From positions 1 to 52,422 of the IMG/VR virus record IMGVR_UViG_3300032216_001635: a stretch of 52,422 nt of DNA; one strand, given 5' to 3'. The stretch's first letter is position 1, and each line of letters opens with the position of its first letter. The DNA is from a virus. Taxonomy: Duplodnaviria > Caudoviricetes. Under the pieces are notes generated by a model. It ran no database searches, had not been told where the DNA came from, and saw only the letters and a program-made list of their open reading frames with translations. A program made the translations under genes and the position numbers. This document shows positions 1 through 8,489 of the stretch, piece after piece.

Positions 1-2
1 CT

Positions 3-659
3 ACTAAAGCTGACGTACAAGACCTAGAAGATGCCTTAGAAGAGCTAAAAGCTGAATTTGAAAAGCTAATGGCCGGTGAAGCAGAAGAGCCAGAGCATGA
101 TGACATGTTTGGTGGCGCTGATGATGAAGAAGGCGAAGAAGACGGCGAAGAATTTGATGATGAAGAAGGTGATGAAGACGAACAAGAAGAACACTTCCAG
201 TTTGGCGAAAACCGTCAGCTAACACGTGAATATCGTGAAAAAGTAGCTACACCAACAAATGCAGATAACCAAATTGCTGGTGCTAACACAGGCGATAAAA
301 TGCCTGCGGCAACTGCTAGCAAGAGCCCAATTAGCTCTGGTTCAGGCAAGCCAACAAGCGGTGCCAATGCTAAAAACATTGCACAAGGCGGAACAGGTGT
401 TGGTAACAACACAGGTACAAGCCCTAACGCTAAAGGCCCAGCAGGTGTTCTAAAAGCAGGTGGACAATTTACATCAGCTAATACAAAGAACGTTGCAGGT
501 AGCTCTACAACTAAGATGCCAGATGGTGCTAAACTAGCCGGCGTAGCAAAGCCAAATACAACTGCTGAATTCAAAGGCGTTGGTGCAAACACAGGTGGTC
601 CAGCAGGACAAACTGGTAGCGGCAATACTAAGTCAGTTGTTGACCATAAGCAATCCTAA
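3..659 (+). CDS. Putative prohead core/internal protein, 5'-partial (acidic N-half, Gly/Thr/Lys-rich C-half)
   Basis: The frame is open from base 3 (TKADVQDLEDALEELKAEFEKLM...), so the ATG at 69 is not the true start. Poly-D/E tract. Lies immediately upstream of the prohead protease, where T4-like phages encode core proteins. Confidence 0.55.
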   Translation, partial: TKADVQDLEDALEELKAEFEKLMAGEAEEPEHDDMFGGADDEEGEEDGEEFDDEEGDEDEQEEHFQFGENRQLTREYREKVATPTNADNQIAGANTGDKMPAATASKSPISSGSGKPTSGANAKNIAQGGTGVGNNTGTSPNAKGPAGVLKAGGQFTSANTKNVAGSSTTKMPDGAKLAGVAKPNTTAEFKGVGANTGGPAGQTGSGNTKSVVDHKQS

Positions 660-672
660 TTAGGAAAAACGG

Positions 673-1305
673 ATGAAACAAATTTCATACCTAAAAGAAA
701 GCCTTAACTTCGATCAGGCTCGAGTAGAATTATTCGAGTCCGAAGAAAAAGGTGTTAAGAGTCTGTACTTGAAAGGCATTGCCATTCAGGGCGGTATCCG
801 CAATCAAAACCAGCGGGTTTATCCAGTAAGCGAGATTACCAACGCTGTCAAAACTCTTAACGACCAGATTCAAAATGGTTATTCTGTGTTAGGCGAAGTT
901 GATCATCCAGATGACCTTAAAGTAAATTTAGATCGTGTATCCCATATGATTACAGATATGTGGATGGATGGTCCAAACGGTTACGGCAAAATGAAAGTTT
1001 TGCCTACACCAATGGGCAACTTAATTCGCACTATGCTTGAGAGCGGTGTGAAACTTGGCGTGAGCTCACGCGGTAGCGGCAACGTTAACGAAGGTTCAGG
1101 CGAAGTATCCGATTTTGAGATTATCACAGTCGATATAGTTGCACAGCCTAGCGCACCAGGCGCTTATCCTACACCGGTTTATGAAGCACTCATGAATCAA
1201 CGTGGCGGACTAAGAGCATGGCGTGTGGCAACAGAAGTAAAAGAAGATCCAAAGGCCCAGAAATACATTAAGGAAGCACTTCTTAATGTTATTAAAGGTC
1301 TATAA
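673..1305 (+). CDS. gp21: Prohead core protease, T4 gp21-like
   Basis: Motifs NQNQRVYP, LGEVDHP and LGVSSRGSG (catalytic His/Ser region), DIVAQPSAPGAYP; AGGA RBS; synteny with scaffold and capsid genes. Confidence 0.93.
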   Translation: MKQISYLKESLNFDQARVELFESEEKGVKSLYLKGIAIQGGIRNQNQRVYPVSEITNAVKTLNDQIQNGYSVLGEVDHPDDLKVNLDRVSHMITDMWMDGPNGYGKMKVLPTPMGNLIRTMLESGVKLGVSSRGSGNVNEGSGEVSDFEIITVDIVAQPSAPGAYPTPVYEALMNQRGGLRAWRVATEVKEDPKAQKYIKEALLNVIKGL

Positions 1306-1324
1306 TTAGCCTAAGGAGAACAGG

Positions 1325-2419
1325 ATGTTGGACGCATTCAAACAGTTAGTAGAAAGTGGCATGATGTCAGAAGAAGTTCGTTCTGAGATCGAAACCGCCT
1401 TCGCAACTAAAATTCAAGAGAATCGCGACCAAGTCACTGCTGAACTTCGTGAAGAGTTTGCTAGCAAGTATGCACACGATAAAAGTGTCATGGTTGAAGC
1501 ACTCGATACGATGATTGGCGAGAGATTGGCCGTTGAGATGGCTGAACTTGCAGAAGACAGAAAGGCACTTGCTAACGCACAAGCCAAGTATGCGGCAAAA
1601 ATGACAGATGATGCTTCAGTAATGGAAACATTTGTTATGACTCAGCTAGCGAAAGAACTAGTCGAATTCCAAAGCGATCGTAAAAAAGTTGCCGAGAATA
1701 TCGATAAGTTAGAGCAGTTCATTGTAACAGCTCTAGCAAAAGAAATCTCCGAATTTGCACAAGACAAGAAAGACTTAGCAGAAACTAAAGTTAAACTTGT
1801 TGCAGGCGCAAAAGTTAAATTCGAAGAAGTCAAAAAAGAATTCATCAGTCGTGCGGCAAAAGTTGTTGAAACTACCGTAAGTCAGAAGTTAACATCTGAA
1901 ATCAAGCAATTGAAAGAAGATATTGATTCTGCAAGAGTTAACAATTTTGGACGTAAGATTTTTGAAGCCTTTGCTCAGGAATATAACGCTTCCTACTTAA
2001 ACGAAAAATCTGAAACAGCTCGTCTGTTAAAGATTGTCGATAAGAAAGAACGCGAAGTAGCCGAAGCGCAACAAGCTCTACAACAGACAACACATATCGT
2101 TGAATCTAAGGACCGTGAAATTAAGCGTGCCAAAGAATTGATGGAACGTAAAGAAGTTATGGGCGAATTGTTAGCACCACTTAGTGCTGATAAGAAAGAA
2201 GTAATGAAGGAATTACTAGAATCTGTGCAAACAGCTAAACTACGTACTTCTTTCGACAAGTACCTACCCGCAGTCATGGAAAACGGAAGTCAGAAACCAG
2301 CTAAAGCTGTCCTAAAAGAAAGCTCAGGTGAAGTTACTGGTGATCGTGAGGTAAAAAATCAGCCTGAGGTAGGCTTAGATAATATTGTAGATATCCGCAA
2401 ACTTGCGGGTCTAAAATAA
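1325..2419 (+). CDS. gp22: Prohead core scaffolding protein, T4 gp22-like
   Basis: E/K/A-rich coiled-coil protein between the protease and major capsid genes; AAGGAG RBS; C-terminal IRKLAGL. Confidence 0.8.
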   Translation: MLDAFKQLVESGMMSEEVRSEIETAFATKIQENRDQVTAELREEFASKYAHDKSVMVEALDTMIGERLAVEMAELAEDRKALANAQAKYAAKMTDDASVMETFVMTQLAKELVEFQSDRKKVAENIDKLEQFIVTALAKEISEFAQDKKDLAETKVKLVAGAKVKFEEVKKEFISRAAKVVETTVSQKLTSEIKQLKEDIDSARVNNFGRKIFEAFAQEYNASYLNEKSETARLLKIVDKKEREVAEAQQALQQTTHIVESKDREIKRAKELMERKEVMGELLAPLSADKKEVMKELLESVQTAKLRTSFDKYLPAVMENGSQKPAKAVLKESSGEVTGDREVKNQPEVGLDNIVDIRKLAGLK

Positions 2420-2438
2420 TTAATTCAAGGAGACATAA

Positions 2439-3617
2439 ATGTCACAGTTATTAAATGAAAGATGGTCAGAGACCAAAGAAGCTCTGCTTGAAGGCCTACA
2501 AGGAAACAAGCGTTCATCTATGGCAGTTTGCTTAGAGAACACACGCAAGTACCTAGGTGAGTCTGCAACAGCAGGTGCAACATCAGCTGGTAATATCGCT
2601 ACACTAAACCGTGTGATTCTTCCAGTTATTCGTCGTGTAATGCCAACAGTCATTGCCAACGAAATCATCGGCGTTCAGCCAATGACAGGCCCAGTTGCTC
2701 AAATCCACACTCTACGTGTTCGTTATGCAGATAACGGCGACGGCGTAGTTGCTGGCGATGAGGCACTAAGCCCATTCAAAATTGCCGCTGGTTACAGTGG
2801 TAACAATGATAGCACAACAAACCCACGTGCAAATACAACAGCCGCAATGGAAGGTACTCCAGGCAAGCGTATGAGCATTCAAATCTTGAAAGCTCCAGTA
2901 GAAGCTAAGTCACGCAAGCTATCAGCTCGTTGGACATTCGAAGCGGCTCAAGATGCACAAGCTCAGCAAGGTATTGATATCGAAGCTGAAATCATGGCTG
3001 CTCTAGCACAAGAAATTACTGCTGAGATCGACCAAGAGATCCTAAACAGCTTACGCGGTTTAGCAGGTGTAGAAGAAATTTATGACCAGTCATTAGTTTC
3101 TGGTACAGCTACATTCGTAGGTGACGAGCATGCCGCTCTAGCTATCCAAATCAACCGTGTTGCTAACTTAATTGCTCAGCGTACACGTCGTGGTGCGGCT
3201 AACTGGGCTGTTGTTTCTAACCAAGCATTGACAATTTTACAATCTGCTACTACTTCAGCTTTTGCTCGTACAACAGAAGGTACATTCGAAGCTCCTACAA
3301 ACACTAAGTTTGTTGGTACATTGAACAATGCAATGCGTATCTATGTTGACGCTTACAAAGCTGACACAGATGATGACAACCAAATCCTTATTGGATACAA
3401 AGGCGCTAGTGAAGCAGATGCTCCTGCATTCTATTGCCCATACATTCCTCTAATGAGTTCTGGTGTTGTATTAGATCCTAATACATTCGAGCCAGTAGTT
3501 GGCTTCTTAACACGCTACGGCTATGTTGAGTTGACAAATACAGCGTCTAGCTTAGGCAACGCCGCTGACTACTTAGGTAAAGTGTCAATCGTTCACAACA
3601 ACGTATCATTCAAGTAA
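2439..3617 (+). CDS. gp23: Major capsid protein, T4 gp23-like
   Basis: Motifs RRVMPTVIANEIIGVQPMTGP, AKSRKLSARWTFEAAQD, EITAEIDQEI, FYCPYIPL and FEPVVGFLTRYG; AAGGAGA RBS; strong codon bias. Confidence 0.96.
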   Translation: MSQLLNERWSETKEALLEGLQGNKRSSMAVCLENTRKYLGESATAGATSAGNIATLNRVILPVIRRVMPTVIANEIIGVQPMTGPVAQIHTLRVRYADNGDGVVAGDEALSPFKIAAGYSGNNDSTTNPRANTTAAMEGTPGKRMSIQILKAPVEAKSRKLSARWTFEAAQDAQAQQGIDIEAEIMAALAQEITAEIDQEILNSLRGLAGVEEIYDQSLVSGTATFVGDEHAALAIQINRVANLIAQRTRRGAANWAVVSNQALTILQSATTSAFARTTEGTFEAPTNTKFVGTLNNAMRIYVDAYKADTDDDNQILIGYKGASEADAPAFYCPYIPLMSSGVVLDPNTFEPVVGFLTRYGYVELTNTASSLGNAADYLGKVSIVHNNVSFK

Positions 3618-3636
3618 TCCTAGATTACGAGATAAT

Positions 3637-3664
3637 AAAAAAGCACTCCTCGGAGTGCTTTTTT
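3637..3664. terminator. Bidirectional rho-independent terminator
   Basis: AAAAAAGCACTC-CTCG-GAGTGCTTTTTT between the convergent capsid and endolysin genes. Confidence 0.9.
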
Positions 3665-3680
3665 GTTGAGTTAAAAAAAA

Positions 3681-4325
3681 TTAACCTTGACTGTCGTCTG
3701 CTAAAATATCACAGAAGTTATTGTAGTGTGATTGGCGCTCAACTAATCCAAGTGTACCACCGTTAATACGTTTTGTCATTGTTTCAATGTCTTCTTGATC
3801 TGCTAAAGGATTAAGATTGTTTTTATGCCAAAACCAGCAAGCACTCCATAATGCGCCTTCTGGAGTTTCAATCCAACTTGAATGTTCTAACAATCTAGTA
3901 TCTTGATATAAATCAAGAGAACATTGTTTGTAGTTGTCATGCCCAGTTAACTGAAACAGTCCACGTCCGCAAAAACGATATCCATCGCCAGATGCTTCAG
4001 GACCGTTACCCATACGTCCACCGTAGGCACGATTAGCAATAGCTTCTTGATTATGTGCATATTGGTTGCATGTTGCTTCGTCTGGGAAGTAACGTGGCCA
4101 TACTTTGTGTAAAGTTTCTGCCTTGTAGTTTAGGTTTTCCTTAAGTGCTGTAAAATCTGCACTTTCATGTGCCGCTTGGGCAAGGAATGCCGCAACACGT
4201 TGAATTGTGTTAATTTCAAACTTAGGTAGTACATCAGCTAACAATGGAAACCATTGGTCCACATGCTGATTACGTGCAAGGCATTCTTGTACCTTGGCTT
4301 GTGTAAAGTTAAATTCAAAGCTCAT
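3681..4325 (-). CDS. Glycoside hydrolase family 19 (chitinase-like) endolysin
   Basis: AAFLAQAAHES, GDGYRFCGRGLFQLTGHDNY, SACWFW and TKRINGG..GL.ER motifs; AGGAGA RBS (tctcct at 4331-4336). Confidence 0.9.
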   Translation of the reverse strand: MSFEFNFTQAKVQECLARNQHVDQWFPLLADVLPKFEINTIQRVAAFLAQAAHESADFTALKENLNYKAETLHKVWPRYFPDEATCNQYAHNQEAIANRAYGGRMGNGPEASGDGYRFCGRGLFQLTGHDNYKQCSLDLYQDTRLLEHSSWIETPEGALWSACWFWHKNNLNPLADQEDIETMTKRINGGTLGLVERQSHYNNFCDILADDSQG

Positions 4326-4346
4326 ATGAGTCTCCTATTGTGTACT

Positions 4347-4352
4347 TATTTA
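4347..4352 (-). promoter_or_regulatory. Putative late promoter (TAAATA) for the endolysin
   Basis: tattta on + reads TAAATA on -, about 10 nt upstream of the RBS; matches the core of T4 late TATAAATA. Confidence 0.55.
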
Positions 4353-4372
4353 ATGGTAAACGGTAAAAACCA

Positions 4373-4378
4373 TAAATA
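4373..4378 (+). promoter_or_regulatory. Putative late promoter (TAAATA)
   Basis: Intergenic TAAATA upstream of the gene at 4453; the same hexamer recurs at many gene boundaries. Confidence 0.65.
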
Positions 4379-4452
4379 CTACTGTTCAAAGTAACTTATA
4401 GCGGAGCCAACCGCGTAGGCCTAGAACGCCAATAATTTAAGGAGAAATTAAA

Positions 4453-5007
4453 ATGGCAAACGGAATTAAAATTTCAAAATATGATGCAGCCGGTTCATTC
4501 GGTGCAACACAAATTAACCAAGCAACACACCCACAAACTATTGCATTTCATAGCGTAAACAGCAGTACAGTTGTTACAGCCTATGTAGGCGGTACTGGTG
4601 GTACACCAACAGACACAACACCAAAAACAATTCAAGTACATTATAAGACAGCTAACGGAACAGCAAAAAGCGATGGCTTTATTGTTCGTCAACGTGGCCG
4701 TAAGCAATTTGATGTACAGAGCGCATCAGGCGGCGCCGCAACATTAACTCGTGTTACATTAGTAGAAAGCAACACACTATCTGCAAAACAAGCATACATT
4801 ACTTTTGGTTATCAAGGTGGTGGCGCACAATACGCTTTTAGAATTAGCAATCGTTATGTTTGGACAAATGCTAGCGCACCAGTTCGTTACGCTTATGTTT
4901 TAGGTGCAAGTGCGGCAGTTGCATATCATCAAGGTACAGCCGATACTTATTTTAAAAATTCTGCAGGTGGAAACGAAGGACTGTTTGCAGTTGTAGAAGG
5001 AGCTTAA
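4453..5007 (+). CDS. Hypothetical virion protein (possible capsid decoration), paralog of the N-terminus of 5009..6145
   Basis: AAGGAG RBS; shares the I.V......GFIVRQR....F..Q segment with the next gene. Confidence 0.6.
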   Translation: MANGIKISKYDAAGSFGATQINQATHPQTIAFHSVNSSTVVTAYVGGTGGTPTDTTPKTIQVHYKTANGTAKSDGFIVRQRGRKQFDVQSASGGAATLTRVTLVESNTLSAKQAYITFGYQGGGAQYAFRISNRYVWTNASAPVRYAYVLGASAAVAYHQGTADTYFKNSAGGNEGLFAVVEGA

Positions 5008-5008
5008 T

Positions 5009-6145
5009 ATGGGTCGTCCGTTAAACAAACATTTGTTTGGTGACAATGCAGACAATAACATCAAAGTACAATTTCACAATGGTACTGAAAGTGTTAGAGG
5101 CTTTATTGTTCGTCAACGTTCTAACTTAAAGTTTTTATGCCAAGACGAAAACGGAGTTCAAGCAGTTTGTAAATTAGTTACAAAGACTTCAGGAAATCTG
5201 CAAGCTGGTGAGATGAGTATTACTGTAAAGTATGATGACAGTACAATTCGTCAAGTACTTAAGATTGCTAAAAATTTAATTACAGTTAATCTACAAGAAA
5301 ACGATGTTGCTCCTTACGAAGAGCCGTTGTACTGGAAACAAGCTGGTTGGAACTTTAGCACAAGTACTACTGACCAAAAATGGCAAATTGAAGAAGCAGG
5401 CACAGATGCTGTAATGGATAACGCTACTGACTTAGAAGGTGATGATATTGCATATACTTTACCTCCTGGCATGAGTTTGTATGAGCCGTACGATGGATCA
5501 GGCGGAGATAATCTAACTGTACCAGGTGCCGATTATGTTCTAACTGGGTCGGCGTCGGGACTTAATGCTTCATACGGTACTAGAGGTACTCCATATCAAC
5601 CTGGCGGATTTGTAACAACTGTATCAAACAGCGTTGCCGGTTTATACAGAGAAAAATATGTTGGCAATATATGGTCAACATATCAAGCGTTTGAAGAGTT
5701 TGATATCACTTGGTTTGATACTAAGTCACGTGGACCTTTTGCAGGGGCAGTTGCAACTCCATATTTTGGATTTGGTAACAGAACCGACTTAGGCAACGAA
5801 AATCACTACACGCTACAATGGAGAGGTTATTTCCAAGCTCCTGCTAGCGGTGACTTCAACGTTTGGACATCAAACACCGTTGACGACGATGCAGGTGTAT
5901 GGGTAGGATCTGCCGCATTGGCTCCAACTTATGCAAACGCTAATGCATTTGTAGGTGGCGATAGATTGCTAAGTGCAAATAGTGTTACACTAGTTGCAGG
6001 CAAGTGGTATCCAATTAGAATGGTCTTTACAGAGTTTGGCGGCGCAGAAGCTTGCCAGTTTGCCCTACAAGACGCTACTAATCAAGTAGTTTATTCAGGA
6101 TTAGATTTAACCTTTGCATACAACTCAGTGACAAAAGGATATTAA
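5009..6145 (+). CDS. Virion protein with C-terminal PA14/GLEYA-like carbohydrate-binding domain
   Basis: C-terminal YTLQWRGYFQAPASGDFNVW...VDDDAGVWVG...VTLVAGKWYPIRMVFTEFGG is a PA14 signature with the DD Ca-binding pair; AAGGAG RBS. Confidence 0.75.
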   Translation: MGRPLNKHLFGDNADNNIKVQFHNGTESVRGFIVRQRSNLKFLCQDENGVQAVCKLVTKTSGNLQAGEMSITVKYDDSTIRQVLKIAKNLITVNLQENDVAPYEEPLYWKQAGWNFSTSTTDQKWQIEEAGTDAVMDNATDLEGDDIAYTLPPGMSLYEPYDGSGGDNLTVPGADYVLTGSASGLNASYGTRGTPYQPGGFVTTVSNSVAGLYREKYVGNIWSTYQAFEEFDITWFDTKSRGPFAGAVATPYFGFGNRTDLGNENHYTLQWRGYFQAPASGDFNVWTSNTVDDDAGVWVGSAALAPTYANANAFVGGDRLLSANSVTLVAGKWYPIRMVFTEFGGAEACQFALQDATNQVVYSGLDLTFAYNSVTKGY

Positions 6146-6156
6146 TCTGTTATAAT
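6128..6156 (+). promoter_or_regulatory. sigma70-type promoter (GTGACA-17 bp-TATAAT, extended -10 TGn)
   Basis: GTGACA 6128-6133, 17-bp spacer, TG at 6148-6149, TATAAT 6151-6156. Confidence 0.65.
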
Positions 6157-6158
6157 AT

Positions 6159-6184
6159 AAGGGCTACTTAGGTAGCCCTTTTTT
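6159..6184 (+). terminator. Rho-independent terminator
   Basis: AAGGGCTAC-TTAG-GTAGCCCTT followed by TTTT, just after the stop at 6145. Confidence 0.85.
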
Positions 6185-6186
6185 GT

Positions 6187-6456
6187 ATGAAAACGTTAGA
6201 GACAAGTTTAGACTGGAATGCAATAGAAGCCGAAATAAAAGGCTTAGAAAACACCCTCCCTTTATTCAAGCACGATGTACAACGTTTCTTAAAAGCTATA
6301 CGTGAAGATGTAACTGCATTAAGCAAACTAGAAGTAGAACTTCGTAGAACACACTCTAGTAGACTAAAAACAGAATGTGCTTCTAAAGTAACAAAAATTA
6401 ACGAACAAATCAAATTAGTACATAAATTTCATCTTATGAGCCTGCTAGCACAGTAG
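6187..6456 (+). CDS. Hypothetical small helical/coiled-coil protein (89 aa)
   Basis: Fills the gap between terminator and next promoter; amphipathic helical pattern; no canonical RBS. Confidence 0.65.
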   Translation: MKTLETSLDWNAIEAEIKGLENTLPLFKHDVQRFLKAIREDVTALSKLEVELRRTHSSRLKTECASKVTKINEQIKLVHKFHLMSLLAQ

Positions 6457-6457
6457 G

Positions 6458-6463
6458 TAAATA
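6458..6463 (+). promoter_or_regulatory. Putative late promoter (TAAATA), 6 nt before the ATG
   Basis: TAG-G-TAAATA-AGCATT-ATG with no Shine-Dalgarno. Confidence 0.55.
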
Positions 6464-6469
6464 AGCATT

Positions 6470-7003
6470 ATGACATGTTCTAACTATTTTTCTGCACAAA
6501 CAATAACACAAACAACTGATGATCCTGCCTGGGATGTTGAGTGGCATATTGGTAAAAAAGTGTATACCCTTAAAGATGTATATCATCATGTAAACACAGC
6601 CAGTGGTGCAATTAGAAACAAAACAAATTACATACATTTTAAAAACTTTAACATCGACCATACCGTTCCTAATGTAATTACTGGAATACAGTTAATACTA
6701 AAAACACGTAGAAACGGACGAGTATTTGATGAGCTAATTGCTATTAGTCATAACGAGCATGTTATTAGCGATAACAAAACTTCATATCTTACAAGCGGCG
6801 ACGGATACGATCATTTAAAATTACATGATACCACAGTTTACGGCGGTGAAGGCGATCTGTGGGGTTTAGAGACTTTTGCAACTAGAGGATTGGTTAGCGA
6901 CCCTACATTTGGCGTTAGCCTGCGTTTTCAAGGGCACCCTATGTATCCGCACACTAGCGGAATGCAAGTTGAGAGTGTACAACTTTGCTTCTTCGGCGAA
7001 TAA
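6470..7003 (+). CDS. Hypothetical protein, probably virion-associated
   Basis: Intact ORF in the structural cluster; ITGIQL...YGGEGDLWG...DPTFGV pattern suggests a beta-sandwich. Confidence 0.6.
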   Translation: MTCSNYFSAQTITQTTDDPAWDVEWHIGKKVYTLKDVYHHVNTASGAIRNKTNYIHFKNFNIDHTVPNVITGIQLILKTRRNGRVFDELIAISHNEHVISDNKTSYLTSGDGYDHLKLHDTTVYGGEGDLWGLETFATRGLVSDPTFGVSLRFQGHPMYPHTSGMQVESVQLCFFGE

Positions 7004-7006
7004 ATA
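7001..7006 (+). promoter_or_regulatory. Putative late promoter (TAAATA) overlapping the upstream stop codon
   Basis: The TAA stop at 7001-7003 is the start of TAAATA. Confidence 0.55.
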
Positions 7007-7025
7007 CACTAAAGGAATTCCTTAA

Positions 7026-8120
7026 ATGCCAACAACTGACGTTCTAAAGGTCCAAGGGGACTACATTATAAAAACCCAGACATCTGGGAGTATTCGTTTA
7101 GACACGGGTTCTAGCACCGGCACAGTAACTATTACTGGTAACTTAGACGTACAAGGCACAACTACAACAATTGAATCAACCATTGCTACTATTAAAGACA
7201 ACACCGTTGTTTTAAATTCAGGGCAAGGCGCATTAGGACAAGTATCTGCAGGTAACGGTACAGCTGGTTTGCTTATTGATCGCGGGCAAGCCGCTGACTT
7301 GGACTATGCCGCTTCTTTCTTATACAACGATCGTAGAACATGGTCGGGAGGTAGCGCATCACTAACTGGTGTATTTGAATTTGGTGTAGGCGGTGGCCAG
7401 GGAGTTGGACGTTTAGCAACTGCGATTTCAGCAGGCGCTCTAGTGTACGATCCTAAAGCACCAACTGACAGCGGTCGTCAAGCTATCTATTTTATTGGTA
7501 AAGGCGCAACGAACGCAGTTCTAACACTAAGTGGTATTCAATATGACTATGCAAGTTATGTTGGACAAGACAACGATATTCCAAACGTAAAATGGGTTAA
7601 GGCAGAAATTGCACGTGAAGCGACAACGCCACCTAACATTAGACGTTTACAACAATTAAACAGCGCATTAACATTAACTGACAACGGTTTAGATGCTCCA
7701 AATTTGACATTAAATTTAGGCGGCCCGCTACAGAGATTTATTTGGAGAAGTAACGGCGAGTACACTATGTTAGGTACTCAAGGTAGATTATCTTTTATAG
7801 ATAACTCAATTACAGCATTAGGTACAACTAGTACAAATGCTCCATTATTTTTGTCAGCATCCGGAAATGGTGCAATACATTTAACTGGATATACTGTTAT
7901 TGAACCATCAGGATTTAATCCAACAACGTTAGCTATTGTGAAAGATAATCTACCCGTTGGTTCAACAGCAATATATACAACTAGTACGGTTTCCGTAACA
8001 GGCGGCGGTACAAACTTATTTTTTGTAAATAACAATAACAAATCAGACGGCAACGGCGGACTGCAAGTAGAAGAACTAGTTTCACGTAGAAAAGCTCTAG
8101 TTTACGCTATAGTATTTTAA
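7026..8120 (+). CDS. Putative fibre/baseplate-associated structural protein
   Basis: TVTITGNLDVQGTTTTIES...IKDNTVVLN...AGLLIDRG segment, related to segments in the giant fibres downstream; hydrophobic C-terminus KALVYAIVF. Confidence 0.65.
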   Translation: MPTTDVLKVQGDYIIKTQTSGSIRLDTGSSTGTVTITGNLDVQGTTTTIESTIATIKDNTVVLNSGQGALGQVSAGNGTAGLLIDRGQAADLDYAASFLYNDRRTWSGGSASLTGVFEFGVGGGQGVGRLATAISAGALVYDPKAPTDSGRQAIYFIGKGATNAVLTLSGIQYDYASYVGQDNDIPNVKWVKAEIAREATTPPNIRRLQQLNSALTLTDNGLDAPNLTLNLGGPLQRFIWRSNGEYTMLGTQGRLSFIDNSITALGTTSTNAPLFLSASGNGAIHLTGYTVIEPSGFNPTTLAIVKDNLPVGSTAIYTTSTVSVTGGGTNLFFVNNNNKSDGNGGLQVEELVSRRKALVYAIVF

Positions 8121-8129
8121 GGAAAAAAC

Positions 8130-8489
8130 ATGATAGTAAGCACACAAATCGCGGCATGGCCAAGTACAACAAATATTTTTTATGCCTCTACAGGTAGCCA
8201 ATATGCTGTGACAACACTTATACTTTGCAATACATCACAGAGTCTTTCTGCTAATGTTAACGTATATGCACAAAGTTTTGCAGGTGGCGGCGCAATTGGT
8301 GCAGGTGGCGGACTAGGCATTGGAACAAGCACACAAATACTTAATACTATTTCTATTCCTCCAACAGAAACGTTTGTAATGGATACAGAAAAATTTATTT
8401 TAGAAAGCAATGACAGATTAGACGCTTCAGAAATGAGTGGTAATGGCGGCATTGTTACTTGTACAGTTAGCGCAATAGCGACAGCATAA
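8130..8489 (+). CDS. Small structural/adaptor protein, paralog of 22157..22579
   Basis: AAGGA RBS; shares the Y.A......V..I...N...IPP......K.I.ES.D pattern with the 140-aa gene. Confidence 0.65.
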   Translation: MIVSTQIAAWPSTTNIFYASTGSQYAVTTLILCNTSQSLSANVNVYAQSFAGGGAIGAGGGLGIGTSTQILNTISIPPTETFVMDTEKFILESNDRLDASEMSGNGGIVTCTVSAIATA

